Part shown: positions 23,193-35,435 of the stretch, in pieces
Layout: every line of letters starts with the position of its first letter
How positions within the stretch are numbered: the stretch's first letter is position 1
DNA from: Macrostomum lignano
Lineage: Eukaryota
Reading direction: 5' to 3'
Assembly: GCA_002269645.1 (NCBI GenBank)
Contig: NIVC01000168.1
Coordinates: forward strand, 413,297-477,296
Length of the DNA stretch: 64,000 nt
Notes under the pieces: generated by a model
What the model saw: the letters and a program-made list of their open reading frames with translations, nothing else
What the model was told of the DNA's origin: nothing
Database searches by the model: none
Made by a program: the position numbers and the translations under genes

Positions 23193-23240
23193 GAGTAATT
23201 ATTTCGAGACCAGCAACTGTCTAAGGCAGCGAAGCCTCAC

Positions 23241-23576
23241 CTGAATGGCATCTAGCAAGGCATCCGGGCTGATCTGGCCGCTGGGCCGCACGGTGTGAAG
23301 CAAGTCAGACAGACTGATCAGCTCGAGTCGAAGACAGGCATAGATGCTGCGCGCCTCAACAGGCGTCAGTTCGTTTGGCGGACGGGCGAGGCACCAGGCG
23401 CGCACAGCGTTGAATATCTGGCATTCGTCAGCGAAGAAGCTGTCCCGCGAGATGAGCTGCACCAGGGCCTGGCGGGACAGGCTCAGGAAGCCGGCGCTGG
23501 CGCTGCTGACCAGCGACACCTGCTGCTGATGAGGCTGGAGATGCTGAGGCTCAGGGCTGTTCGCTGCGATGATTGG
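23241..23576 (-). CDS. BTBD9: BTBD9 coding exon 3 (BACK domain)
   Basis: 112 codons including GFLSLSRQALVQLISRDSFFADECQIF...RLELISLSDLLHTVRPSGQISPDALLDAIQ; TTGCAG acceptor and CAG|GTGAGG donor. Confidence 0.93.
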
Positions 23577-23716
23577 CTGCAAGGAAGTGAGCATGGAAGG
23601 AAGACTCGGTAAAATCCATAGAACAAAGATCAATTTATTAATAAAGTTGGTTGCTCGGAAATAATTTTGATTCTTTCAAATCAAGCCCATAGAAGGTATT
23701 AAAAACATTTAGCCAC

Positions 23717-23950
23717 CTGCTGCTGCTGAGAAGTGTTGAGCACGGACTCAAGAATTTTGCTGGCATTTCGGTCGAGAAACTCCAAACAGGTGGAGCATAG
23801 AGACGACAGACTGTAGGCAGTAGCCAAATTGTACACCAGCGCTATGTTGTTGTGGGTCAGACTGGCTTTGAGAAACTCGGACAGAGCTGTCTCCAGTTGG
23901 ACAAAGTTGAATTGGTGAGCCAGGCCTAGGAGGTCCAAGATGGCGTCCTC
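23717..23950 (-). CDS. BTBD9: BTBD9 coding exon 2
   Basis: 78 codons, EDAILDLLGLAHQFNFVQLETALSEFLKASLTHNNIALVYNLATAYSLSSLCSTCLEFLDRNASKILES...QQQQ; TAG acceptor. The donor CAG|GTGGCT is the most plausible one, but the exact end is less certain. Confidence 0.88.
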
Positions 23951-24466
23951 CTATAGAGTTTGTTTTGTGGTTTAATAGGTTTTTAGAGTTTACTAGCAAT
24001 CTTTGCCCCCCCCCCCCAATGGAAAAAGCAATAGAAAAAGCAAACAAAGTATAAGCAGACATGCCACTTTCTTAACTATGGACTATATGAACAAGATATA
24101 GGCAATATATGTTCCTGGCGAAATTCAAAAATTGGGGGCATGTTTTTTGAAAATTTGTTTTTTGGCAATTTAAAAGCAATAAAGCTAAAAAATAAATTTA
24201 TTTGAGTTTTAAAAAGTTAGAAACATCTATAAAAGCACAAATTATTCACATATAGCCTTATTTTTAATAAAATGATTTGTAGATTATTTGTAGAAATTAC
24301 TGTAGAAGCCAGGTAACACATTGGAAGTCCTATAAGGATCAGAAAAATTGCATTTTACTCAGCTTCTACAGAAGCAATTTGGAAAATTCTTTCTTCTCGC
24401 ATATATGCCACGATGATACATATTTTAGTGTAATTTCATTGTTCTTTGTCACTTAATAAGCATATA

Positions 24467-25716
24467 TTCAGTTGGGGAGAAAGTTCCCGCAGTTTCTAGA
24501 ACTTTCTGTCTAAGAACTTTCTGGGACATTCCAGAGCCCAGCTGTGTGGGTATATATTGAGGGTGGGTGTGTGTGATTCTAACATGCTATTTAAACCAAA
24601 GAGATTACTCACTAGTCAGCAGCATTATGGATCTCTCTCGGGCCTATATTTGTGGTCTCCTGCTCTACGACTTCAAATCTGGACTGTCAGCCGCAGAATC
24701 CAGCCGCTGCATCAACGCTGCATTTGGTGCGGGTACTGTGTTTGAAAGCACTGCCCAGGACTGGTTTGCGCGGTTTTGCCAGGGAAATTTTAACCTCGAA
24801 GATTTGCCCCAGTCAGGCCATCCCTCCAAGGTTGATGACGACCGGCTGCGCAGACTCGTAGAGGCTGACCCTCGGCAAACCACGCGTGAGTTAGCGCAAG
24901 TCCTTGATGTAGACCATAAAATGGTCACCAGTCATTTGCATCAGCTGGGCAAGGTGGTACAAGCTGGCACAATGGGTACCCCACCAATTGTCAGATTGGG
25001 ACAAGGAGCGCAGGGCAGAGGTGGCCACTTCTCTCCTCTCCTACAGGCGCACGCACAACTGGCTGAAGTCCATCGTTATAGGCAATGAAAAGTGGTGCCT
25101 GTACGTCAACATCAAATGTCGACGATTATAGGTTGATGCTGACGCGACACCTGAGCTGCAGCCAAAGTCCGGACTCTACCCATGCAAGGTCATGCTGTGC
25201 GTGTGGTGGGACTGCAAGGGCATCATCTACTACGAACTGCTGCCACCCAACACATTGATTATAGCCGACCTATACTGCCAACAGCTAGACCGATTGGCCG
25301 CCGCCATTGCACAGAAGCATCCAAACCATGGCCTGGTACGATTCCTCTATGATAACGCTCGTCCACACACGAGCTAGGGTGACTCGCCAAAAGCTACTGG
25401 ACCTTGGCTGGGAATTTGTGCCCCATCCACCATATTCACCAGACTTGGCACCAAGCGACTATCACCTGTTTTTGTCTCTGGCCAACGCCTTGAACAACAA
25501 AACCTTCGCTGATGATGAAGAGCTTGATAACTGGCTGAACAACTTTTTCACTTCAAAGCCAGAGAAATTTTACAGTGATGGTATTATGAGTCTGCCTGAA
25601 AAATGGCAGAAGGTGATCGATTGTGATGGTGATTATTTTGTTTCTTAATTGGCTTTTTTTTAAAAACTGTTTGACAGAAAGTTCTAGAAACCGTGGGAAC
25701 TTTCTCCCCAACCAAA
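24467..25716 (+). mobile_element. Full-length but inactivated mariner (DD34D) transposon in BTBD9 intron 1
   Basis: TIRs TTCAGTTGGGGAGAAAGTTCCC and revcomp TTTGGTTGGGGAGAAAGTTCCC, TA at both ends, 1250 bp. Transposase 24626-25648 has WVPH, GNEKW (first D changed to N), DNARPH and HPPYSPDLAPSDY, with two frameshifts and an internal stop. Confidence 0.96.
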
Positions 25717-26149
25717 TAGTAAGCATTTGATTTGGATACTGGGTTCACATTTTGTGGTACCATTTTTACCAAAAAATTTAAGTCTAAATATAAGCATATC
25801 ACATACACTAATACTATGCAAGTTGATATTTTAATGAAAGAAAACAACTTGACAATTTTTTTCAACAAGGAATTAGCAGTATATTTACTTTTAGAGAAAG
25901 ACAAGCTGTTAAAACCCGCGGATTTTGAACCCGGGGAATTCCAATCCCGGAACTATTTTTGCATATTGAGATTAAACTCAAACAAAAACATTTATTAGTT
26001 GGGATAGAGTTAAACATAAAATAGAGTACATTCGTGTAAAATTAGGATTTGGGGCAAACATTGATATTGTTGGCTGGGGTGCTGCGCAGAATGTCAGGAA
26101 AACTCTGGCCTCTACCTTTGCCTCTCCCTATTTCCATTGCATCCTTTGA

Positions 26150-27730
<1,581 letters not shown>

Positions 27731-28439
27731 TCTATTTCTTTTCACTCTCATCTGGCCCGTAGCCATGAGCTGGATTCTTTATCTGGCCTTTGAGATAAAA
27801 ATCTGCCGATCCCTGCTTCGAAAGCCAGTTTGTGGGACGTAGTACTATCATGGTTGTTATCATTTCCCATGCTTTAATCACGTCATCTTTCTGGTCAATT
27901 AGCAGCCCTGAGAGAAATTTGTATATCTCCAGCTCCACCACCACAGTCTGCAGCAGTCTAACAACCATGGAAATACGCATTTCTTAGGAGGCCATTTAAA
28001 TTTTAAAGTACCTTATGCGAATCTTAATGTTAAAATTTTTATGGTGTAACTTATTTAGTAGGATTGCATTGTAATAAGTTATTCATTAATTTTTCGATAT
28101 TTTTATAAACCATCCCACATCGCCTTGATTTGCCATCCTTGTTTAACTGCTGCAGACTTGTCCATTCAGAGGAAAGGAAAGTGGTTTAAAATTGAATCTC
28201 TCGCTAAACTGTCTCTCCTCTCCACGCCTCTCCACTCGCGGGGGTGCAGAGAAGGCTATTAAAAAGTTATTCCAAAACACTGTACATTCGCTATGTACAT
28301 TCAGTCCTATCGCCTGACCCTTCGTCTGAGCTGGGGGAATGAGTGAGTGAGCGGCACAAACAACAGAAAAAGCAGACAAACTTCACATGCTTACAGTTTC
28401 TGTCCTGATTGAGATACAGAGTTGAGACTTTACATGTAG

Positions 28440-28993
28440 GCAGAGAATGAGTCAATAAAGAATTGTGTCAAATTTGAAGTCAATCGCTTTATTTGGAGCA
28501 AACTTATGGCAGCTGAAAGTTAGTCAATTTTGAAACCCTTTTACACATCTGGGCCCAGATCGGGATCGAGAAAGAGAGGCAGGCGGGCGGAGGTTGGGGT
28601 GGTTGCTACGCTGAAAAAAGCAGCCTAACTTTAAAAGTGCACCGCGCCGTTCAGGATTAACTTTGAAACTCGAAATTTTACATGATTGTTCCAAAATAGT
28701 TGAAGATTATCTGTGTCAAATTTGAAGAGAATCGGTAAAAGTGGAACGGCGCTATGGAGGATTTAGTGAAAAAATCGCGCATTTTGAGCAGTTTTTTGTA
28801 CTTTTAGGTAGGAAGACTCAAATTTAGGAAATTTAAAGGTAGCCTAAGACATTCTCCGTAGTGAGTTTAGGGTGGGTGTAAAATTTGGTGTCATTTGGTT
28901 GAGCGGTTTGGGAGTCCATAGCGATCAAAATTGTCCACACACAGACAGACACACATACACACACACAGAGTTTTGATTTTTATATGTAGAGAT
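28440..28993 (+). mobile_element. Possible non-autonomous Helitron/Helentron-type interspersed element
   Basis: Repeated GTGTCAAATTTGAAG..AATCG blocks ending in a CAGA/CACA microsatellite and TTTTATATGTAGAGAT, an architecture seen in DINE/Lep1-like elements. Boundaries are uncertain. Confidence 0.3.
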
Positions 28994-29925
28994 GTTTGTT
29001 AACAAACTTTGCACTTTAAATTAGTATGAATTTTTGTGAGTTATGCGATTTTAGAAAAACTTAGAAACCATTTATCTTTTGAGTAAAATAAAAAGTAAAA
29101 CACAGAAGACTTTCTGTTTTGTAAGTAGTAAAAAATTAGCCTTCTCTAAGATCTATGAGTCTTAAAATTGACTGTTTGCATTTTCGCATTTAAAAACTTT
29201 GTTTCTGCAGGAAAAGTATTAAAAATGACTAAACAAATAACTTTTATACTGTCTTGCACTAATAAAAAAGTAAAACAAAAAATTGCAAATAAGTCAACTT
29301 AGACTTTTAAATTCTTTTTATGGTTTTTTTACTTGTTTATTAAATGATGTAAAGCATAAAAAAGTTTTTTTTCTAGAAATTTTTAAAGACTTATTTGTCT
29401 TTCAAAAAGCTTTTTTTAAATATATTGTCATTACCCTCTATTGAATGTCCACAGATTTTACCATTTTATCCCACATTTTTAGATTTTGCCTCTTATAACT
29501 AGGGTGAAGCATAATCAACTGAACATAAAAGTATCATTTTTCGACCTTCTTTTTTGCATAGCAAAAAAGTTTTATATGTAGTGAAATAAAACTACCCAGA
29601 AGTTGTTTAGAACATTTTTTCTTTTAAATGAATGGTCGCTTTACTTTATTGCACAAGTAGAAAAAAAGCTATTGATGATTTTATTTCAAAACCGATCGAT
29701 GATTCTAGGGTATCTTCAAACCGAACAGGGTATCTGACATTTTGTTTTTGTGTTTGAACACTAATAACTTTTTATTTCTTGTTTGTTTCTTCTGAAATAT
29801 ATACAGTGCTGGGCGTTAACTAGTTAATTGTTTAACTAGTTAATTAACTAGTTAAATTTTAAAAAAAATCGTTAAATTTTCGTTAAATTTTTTATGTATT
29901 AACTAGTTACACTATTTATGTATTA

Positions 29926-30568
29926 ACCCCCACTATACCACTAGACTAACTAATGCCAGGGGCGTGGGGGTGGCGAGCCCCCCACTATACCACTAGACTA
30001 ACAAATGCCAGGGGCGTGGGGGGCAGCCAGCCCCCCACTATACTACTAGACTAACTAATGCCAGGGGCGTGGGGGGCGGCCAGCCCCCCACTATACCACT
30101 AGACTAACTAATGCCAGGGGCATGGGGGGCGGCCAGCCCCCCACTATACCACTAGACTAACTAATGCCAGGGGCGTGGGGGCGGCTAGCCCCCACTATAC
30201 CACTATACCACTAGACTAACTAATGCCAGGGGCGTGGGGGCGGCCAGCCCCCCACTATACCACTAGACTAACTAATGCCAGGGGCGGGGGGGCGGCCAGG
30301 CCCCCACTATACCACTAGACTAATAAATGCCAGGGGCGTGGGGGGCGGCCAGCCCCCCACTATACCACTAGACTAACTAATGCCAGGGGCGTGGGGGGCA
30401 GCTAGCCCCCCACTATACCACTATACCACTAGACTAACTAATGCCAGGGGCGTGGGGGGCGGCCAGCCCCCCACTATACCACTAGACTAACTAATGCCAG
30501 GGGCGTGGGGGGCGGCCAGCCCCCCACTATACCACTAGACTAACTAATGCCAGGGGCGTGGGGGGGGC
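29926..30568. repeat. About 53-bp minisatellite, about 12 copies, inside the hAT element
   Basis: Unit approximately CCACTATACCACTAGACTAACTAATGCCAGGGGCGTGGGGGGCGGCCAGCCCC. Confidence 0.93.
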
Positions 30569-31612
30569 TTTTTAGCTCTCAATTTAGGTTAAATAAATAG
30601 ATGTCATAGCCATAAACAATAATGGACACAATATATACCCATTGTCCCACCTTTGAAGACGACAGCGTCTTCATTCACTAGTAGTCTAGTTAACAAAAAT
30701 CGTTAATTTTTTTCTGAAGTTAAAGTTAAATGACAAAAGTTAATAATTCCGGGAAATGGAGTTCCCCGGGTTCAAAATCCGCGGGTTTCAATAGCTTGTA
30801 TGCCATTAAAAAGTAAAATTAATACATACATAAAATAACTTCGCCTTTCTAAGCATTATTTAACGTGTCACAAACTACTATTACATGTATATATTTCAGT
30901 TACAAGTTATAATGTATAGAATATTCGGAAGATTCTGGAATCTTCAACTATTATCTATTGATATTCTACCCAAGCACTACTATAAGTTATCGTTGTACAT
31001 AGGGATGTCGATTCCCCGGGGAATTTTCTTATCGGGGACCCGGGGAATTTACTGTCATTCCCCGGGGACCCCGGGGAAAAAAATAAGTAAAAAACGGCGG
31101 ATAACTTAGATCTTTATAAGTCACTAAGTGGCATTTTTTAAACTTTGATTAAAGCTTTGGATGGACTACATGTTCAAGGCGCAAGGGTAAAAACTTTAAG
31201 CAATGTTTGTTTAAAACTGTATTTGACAATATGGCATCACCAAATCGTGTGCGCACCTTTATCAGAAAGGGTCCAGACTCCGGAGGCGGAAAATGCATAC
31301 TCAGCAGCTGCACTCGTGGGAGGATAATTAATGAATGAGACTGTTTTTATAATCGAAATTTTAATTTCTTGCAGATACAAATAAATCACCATTTTGTCCT
31401 GTCTAATACGGAGTATTTTGTTATTGTATGATATACCCCCCTATGCGTCAGTGACTGACGCAGGATATGGCGCTGTGCCTGCGTCAAATGTGTCAAGCCG
31501 TCAACGCAGACCAACACAATAGTCAGTAAGGCTTCTTTTTCCTGATGGGTTTCTACGCTCGTACGTTCAATTTGCTTGATTGAAAGACTCATAGTGAAAA
31601 AAACATTCAAAT

Positions 31613-31780
31613 GGGTCGCTAATTTCATAAGACCGAAATTTCACAACGCCAAAAATTCTGCATGCAATACAATCCTTATTGTAAAGTTTTCTACGATGTG
31701 AAATTTCGGTCTTATGAAGTTTCGGTCTTGTGAAGTATGGTGTTTCGGCGTTGTGAATTTCGGTCTTATGAACCCCCCCC
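31613..31780. mobile_element. Small MULE-like MITE nested in the hAT element
   Basis: Inverted TTCATAAGACCGAAATTTCACAACGCC / GGCGTTGTGAATTTCGGTCTTATGAA, GGG...CCC termini, and a 9-bp flanking duplication CATTCAAAT / CATTCAAAC (1 mismatch). Confidence 0.55.
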
Positions 31781-33537
31781 CATTCAAACGTGTGTTGTGT
31801 TTGAAATAATACATTGAAATAAGCAGTTTTGCGTTAAAAAAGCATAGACAGAGTTTCAATCAGCTTTCTGTGAATAATTTTCTTATTTAAATGGCAAAAA
31901 TTTAGTTAAAAATGCTTTTTTTCTCCCCGGGGTCCCCAGTCTAATTCCCAGGGGAGTATTCCCCGACAAGCTCCCCAGGGCGCCGCGACCTGGCCACAGC
32001 CGCGCCGCGCCGACCTGAAATTTAAAAAAACACGCCGAACACATGTCCGGGAAAATGTCACTTTTTCTGTTAGGGAATTATTAACTTTAACTTTTAACTT
32101 TTCAGAAGTTAAATTTTGGGCAAAAGTTAAATAATTAACTAGTTACAGTTAATTTTTTTGGAGCAATTAAATTAACTTTTTAACTTTTAACGAGTTAAAA
32201 AAATTGATTAACTTGCCCAGCACTGAATATATATCAATGTAAAGATTAATTCATACTCTTTCTAAAAAGTATAACTTTTGCACAGATAGATGTAGAAAAA
32301 TATTGTTTATCTGCATTTGAATATAGTACCCCCCATTGAACAGAAAAATCATGAATTTTTACTTTTTTTGCCATTTCCTTATACTATTTCATGCTAAATT
32401 GATAAAAAGCTATGTTTTCTACTTATTTTAGACTGTTGAATCAGAAAAGCATTAAAGAATTTAAAAAAACCACAAGTTCTTTAAAGCAGAGCTGATACTT
32501 TGCCCATTTCGGAGTTCTTCTGAAGGACCTACTAATGTTTTAGCTTTAAACATAGGCATTTATTTTGCCATTATTACCTTGTTTTTGAAAGAAAAAGGTA
32601 CCTCTAGTATACTTTCAACCTTTTTTACCATATAGTTAATATATTTTCAAAAGTTAAAGAAGAAGAAGAAAGAAAAGTAAAAAATTGTAAAAAAATGATT
32701 TTTTGCAAACAAATTCTTAGAATTTTTTATTTTATTTTTTCTCATCATACTCGCATATTTTTACTTCAAGTAGTCGCATGCAAGATGTTGAAAAAAATGC
32801 TGTAAATTCGCAAGTACAAGAAAAATCTTTGGTTTAGAAGATTTTTCTGTTTGGTTGATGATCCCGAGAACTGGAAACCAAACTGAACAGTCAATTTGGT
32901 ATCATTAACTATCTCATTTTGTAGATTAGAATGTCTTCTTTCAAATGATATATAACTTTTATAGACTTTTAAAATATATTCCCCATGAGACAGTAAAAAC
33001 AAAAGTCACTTGCATGTTTGGTTTTGAAGATCCCTTGTTCGGTTGATGATGCTTTACCCTATATCTAGAAAATTGTCTAAAAACCTTATTATCTTATAAT
33101 GTTCCATGATATAGCTCTAGCAAATATATACAAATTCAATAACAAACAAATTTGATAACAAAAATTAACACAGACAAATTTGGCAACAAACTAAGCAAAT
33201 TTGCAACACATCTTTTTATAGCTTAAGATAAGTTCAAACAAATTATGTGTAATAAAGGCTTTCTTAATGTTTATAAAAGTTTATAAATATGAAATAATTT
33301 CTATAAACATGTTAAAATAACCAAAAAAGTGTGTTGTTAAATTTGACATCCTGCATTCCATGTATGAAATTAGGACATCCTGTGTTATTATTATTATTAG
33401 AATAAATAAGTAAATAAGATAATCTAGTATACATAATACATTATAATAAGTTATACTAAATTAGTATAGTAATACTAACTAAAATACATTTTTATAAATT
33501 ATTCTAAATAGTAATTCATACGCTTGTCTTCTCTTAC

Positions 33538-33882
33538 CTTAATATCTAGCAAGTTTAGCTTTCCAGTATAAATATACATAAGTAGATAATAAAATGACTT
33601 CCCATTAATATCTTTAAGCTCAACTTCAAATGATTGACTCTCTGATAATCCACTAAAAAACAAAGCCCTAAAGTATTCAGATCGACATGCAAGAATAATT
33701 TTGTGCACATGAAAAATTTCACCATCAACAATCAGCTTCACATCAGTAAAGTCATCACTGCTAAATAAATTTCCAATGTCCTTTGATATTTGACCTGTAT
33801 GATCAACTTCCTTGGGAACATGATCATACTGACCTGGATTGCAAGACTTAGTTGCTGTAAGAAAATGTTTGTCCGCCGACAT
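33538..33882 (-). CDS. BTBD9: BTBD9 coding exon 1 (BTB domain)
   Basis: 115 codons, MSADKHF...EVDHTGQISKDIGNLFSSDDFTDVKLIVDGEIFHVHKIILACRSEYFRALFFSGLSES...LLMYIYTGKLNLLDIK|GTAAGA. It joins exon 2 in phase 0 (compare human LTDEK-EEVLLD). The full model is 724 aa. Confidence 0.93.
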
Positions 33883-34450
33883 ATTACTATTAACACCCAC
33901 TTGTGGGCTGATAGAACTAAAAAGCTATTTTCAGGACTTCACTAGTTTTAAAATTATGCAAAATACTATTAGCAGCCATAGAGGAATTCGACTAGTGAAT
34001 AAATACGACGCCGCCACAAAAACGAATTTACTTTTTTTGTTGATTATCCGTAGTGTAATCTTGACACTGTATTCAAAGATCCATATATAAAGACTTAGTA
34101 TGCATTAAATAGTTTTATACAGAATATTAACTTCTAGTTTAAAAAATACTTATTTGTTTTAATACTTAACTAGGCTTATATAGCAAACTTAAATACGTTA
34201 AAACAAAAAATACAAAAAACTTTGCTTACTAAGCATTAAACTCACCGCTTTAGTATAAAAATAAGACATATTTTTACTACATTAATTTTTCAGGCAAAAA
34301 TCACAAACGTTAAAAATAACATTCGATTACCCATTAGGACAACATTAATGACCTGATTCAATAGTTCAATAGTTGCTCCTCGGACTCGGACTGTTGTCGC
34401 TACAATTTTTTTCTTTACTTGATATCATTCAAAGCGCAAACAATAGTAAA
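33883..34450. promoter_or_regulatory. Putative bidirectional promoter between BTBD9 and the REEP5-like gene
   Basis: The divergent ATGs are only 568 bp apart and the region is AT-rich. No specific core-promoter motif is claimed. Confidence 0.7.
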
Positions 34451-34562
34451 ATGGAGTATGTAAACAAGCTTGAAGAGTTTCTTAAAAAGGATAATATAGT
34501 AGCACAGGGTTTTGGGAAACTCGAAGAGAAGTCAGGGGTCAACAGAAAGTTTTTTGCGCTGG
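34451..34562 (+). CDS. REEP5: REEP5/6 (DP1/Yop1, TB2/DP1/HVA22 family) ER-shaping protein, exon 1
   Basis: MEYVNKLEEFLKKDNIVAQGFGKLEEKSGVNRKFFAL-G|GTAAGT; compare human REEP5 RFDRFLHEKN...KLEAKTGVNRSFIALG. Phase 1. Confidence 0.9.
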
Positions 34563-35042
34563 GTAAGTCTTAATTTTTTTGTTTAGAATTACGTAACTTA
34601 TTTTTGCCTCAATTAAGTAGCTACGACTTTTTTCGAAGGGCTAGTTAGGTCCTTTTTATGGGGTCTAGGCCCCTATAGCTTAATCATAAATGTCCATATG
34701 TGAATTAATGTATATTGTATCATTCCATAGTCTGGAAGGTGGCCTTTATGCCAGAAAATTAAAATTCTGGTGTATTTTTGCGCTTGTTGACAATCTTGCT
34801 GTACACTTGGAATTTTCAGGTTCAACATGAAGTGTACACAGTTGGCATACAAAAAAATAGCTAAATAGCCAAATTAGGTTAGGCCTAGGGCTAGGCCTAA
34901 TGTAATGTAGTTAATATCAACCAACAAAAGCTGTATAAAAATTTTTGGAAACTAAAATAGAAAATATTAATGCATTTTATGCAAAAACAATATTAAAACA
35001 AAGACTATTAGTTGTTACTAAAAAAACAGCCATTTTAGAATT

Positions 35043-35435
35043 CGAAGAGCTTGCGTGCACGGCCGCCGTTCACGTAAGCTCAGAATTGCGTGCACGGCAG
35101 AGCTATATCTTATAGGCTTATACAGTAAGTCATATACTATTCGAATTAATATTCAAGTTAACAAAAAACAATTAATTAAGATTACATTTGCAGTCCATGG
35201 TGTACGGGGGATAAAACATTATAAAACAATATAGTAAAAATATTTTTTAATTAGGTTTGCCAATGCCAATGCGTGGATTTAAGGGCCCCAATCCCGGCCA
35301 ATTGCCGGCTGCCGTGCACGCAATTACAACACTAGGTGTACGGCTGCATACATGCAAATAAAGCACTAGGTAGATAGCCGCCGTGCACGCAATTCTGAGC
35401 TTACGTGAACGGCTGCCGTGCACGCAAGCTCTTCG
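35043..35435. mobile_element. MITE-like element with about 65-bp inverted arms in REEP5 intron 1
   Basis: CGAAGAGCTTGCGTGCACGGC..CCGTTCACGTAAGCTCAGAATTGCGTGCACGGC and its reverse complement; TSD and superfamily not established. Confidence 0.55.

Larger units (their letters stand above)
29804..32225. mobile_element. Non-autonomous hAT element (2.4 kb) carrying a tandem array and nested inserts
   Basis: Termini CAGTGCTGGGC...GCCCAGCACTG, 8-bp TSD AATATATA at 29796-29803 and 32226-32233, and subterminal GTTAA/TTAAC repeats. Confidence 0.85.

Noticed and set aside
24467-25716. Domesticated SETMAR-like gene
   Set aside because: There is no SET domain, TIRs and TA TSDs are intact, and the ORF has frameshifts, a stop and a mutated catalytic Asp.
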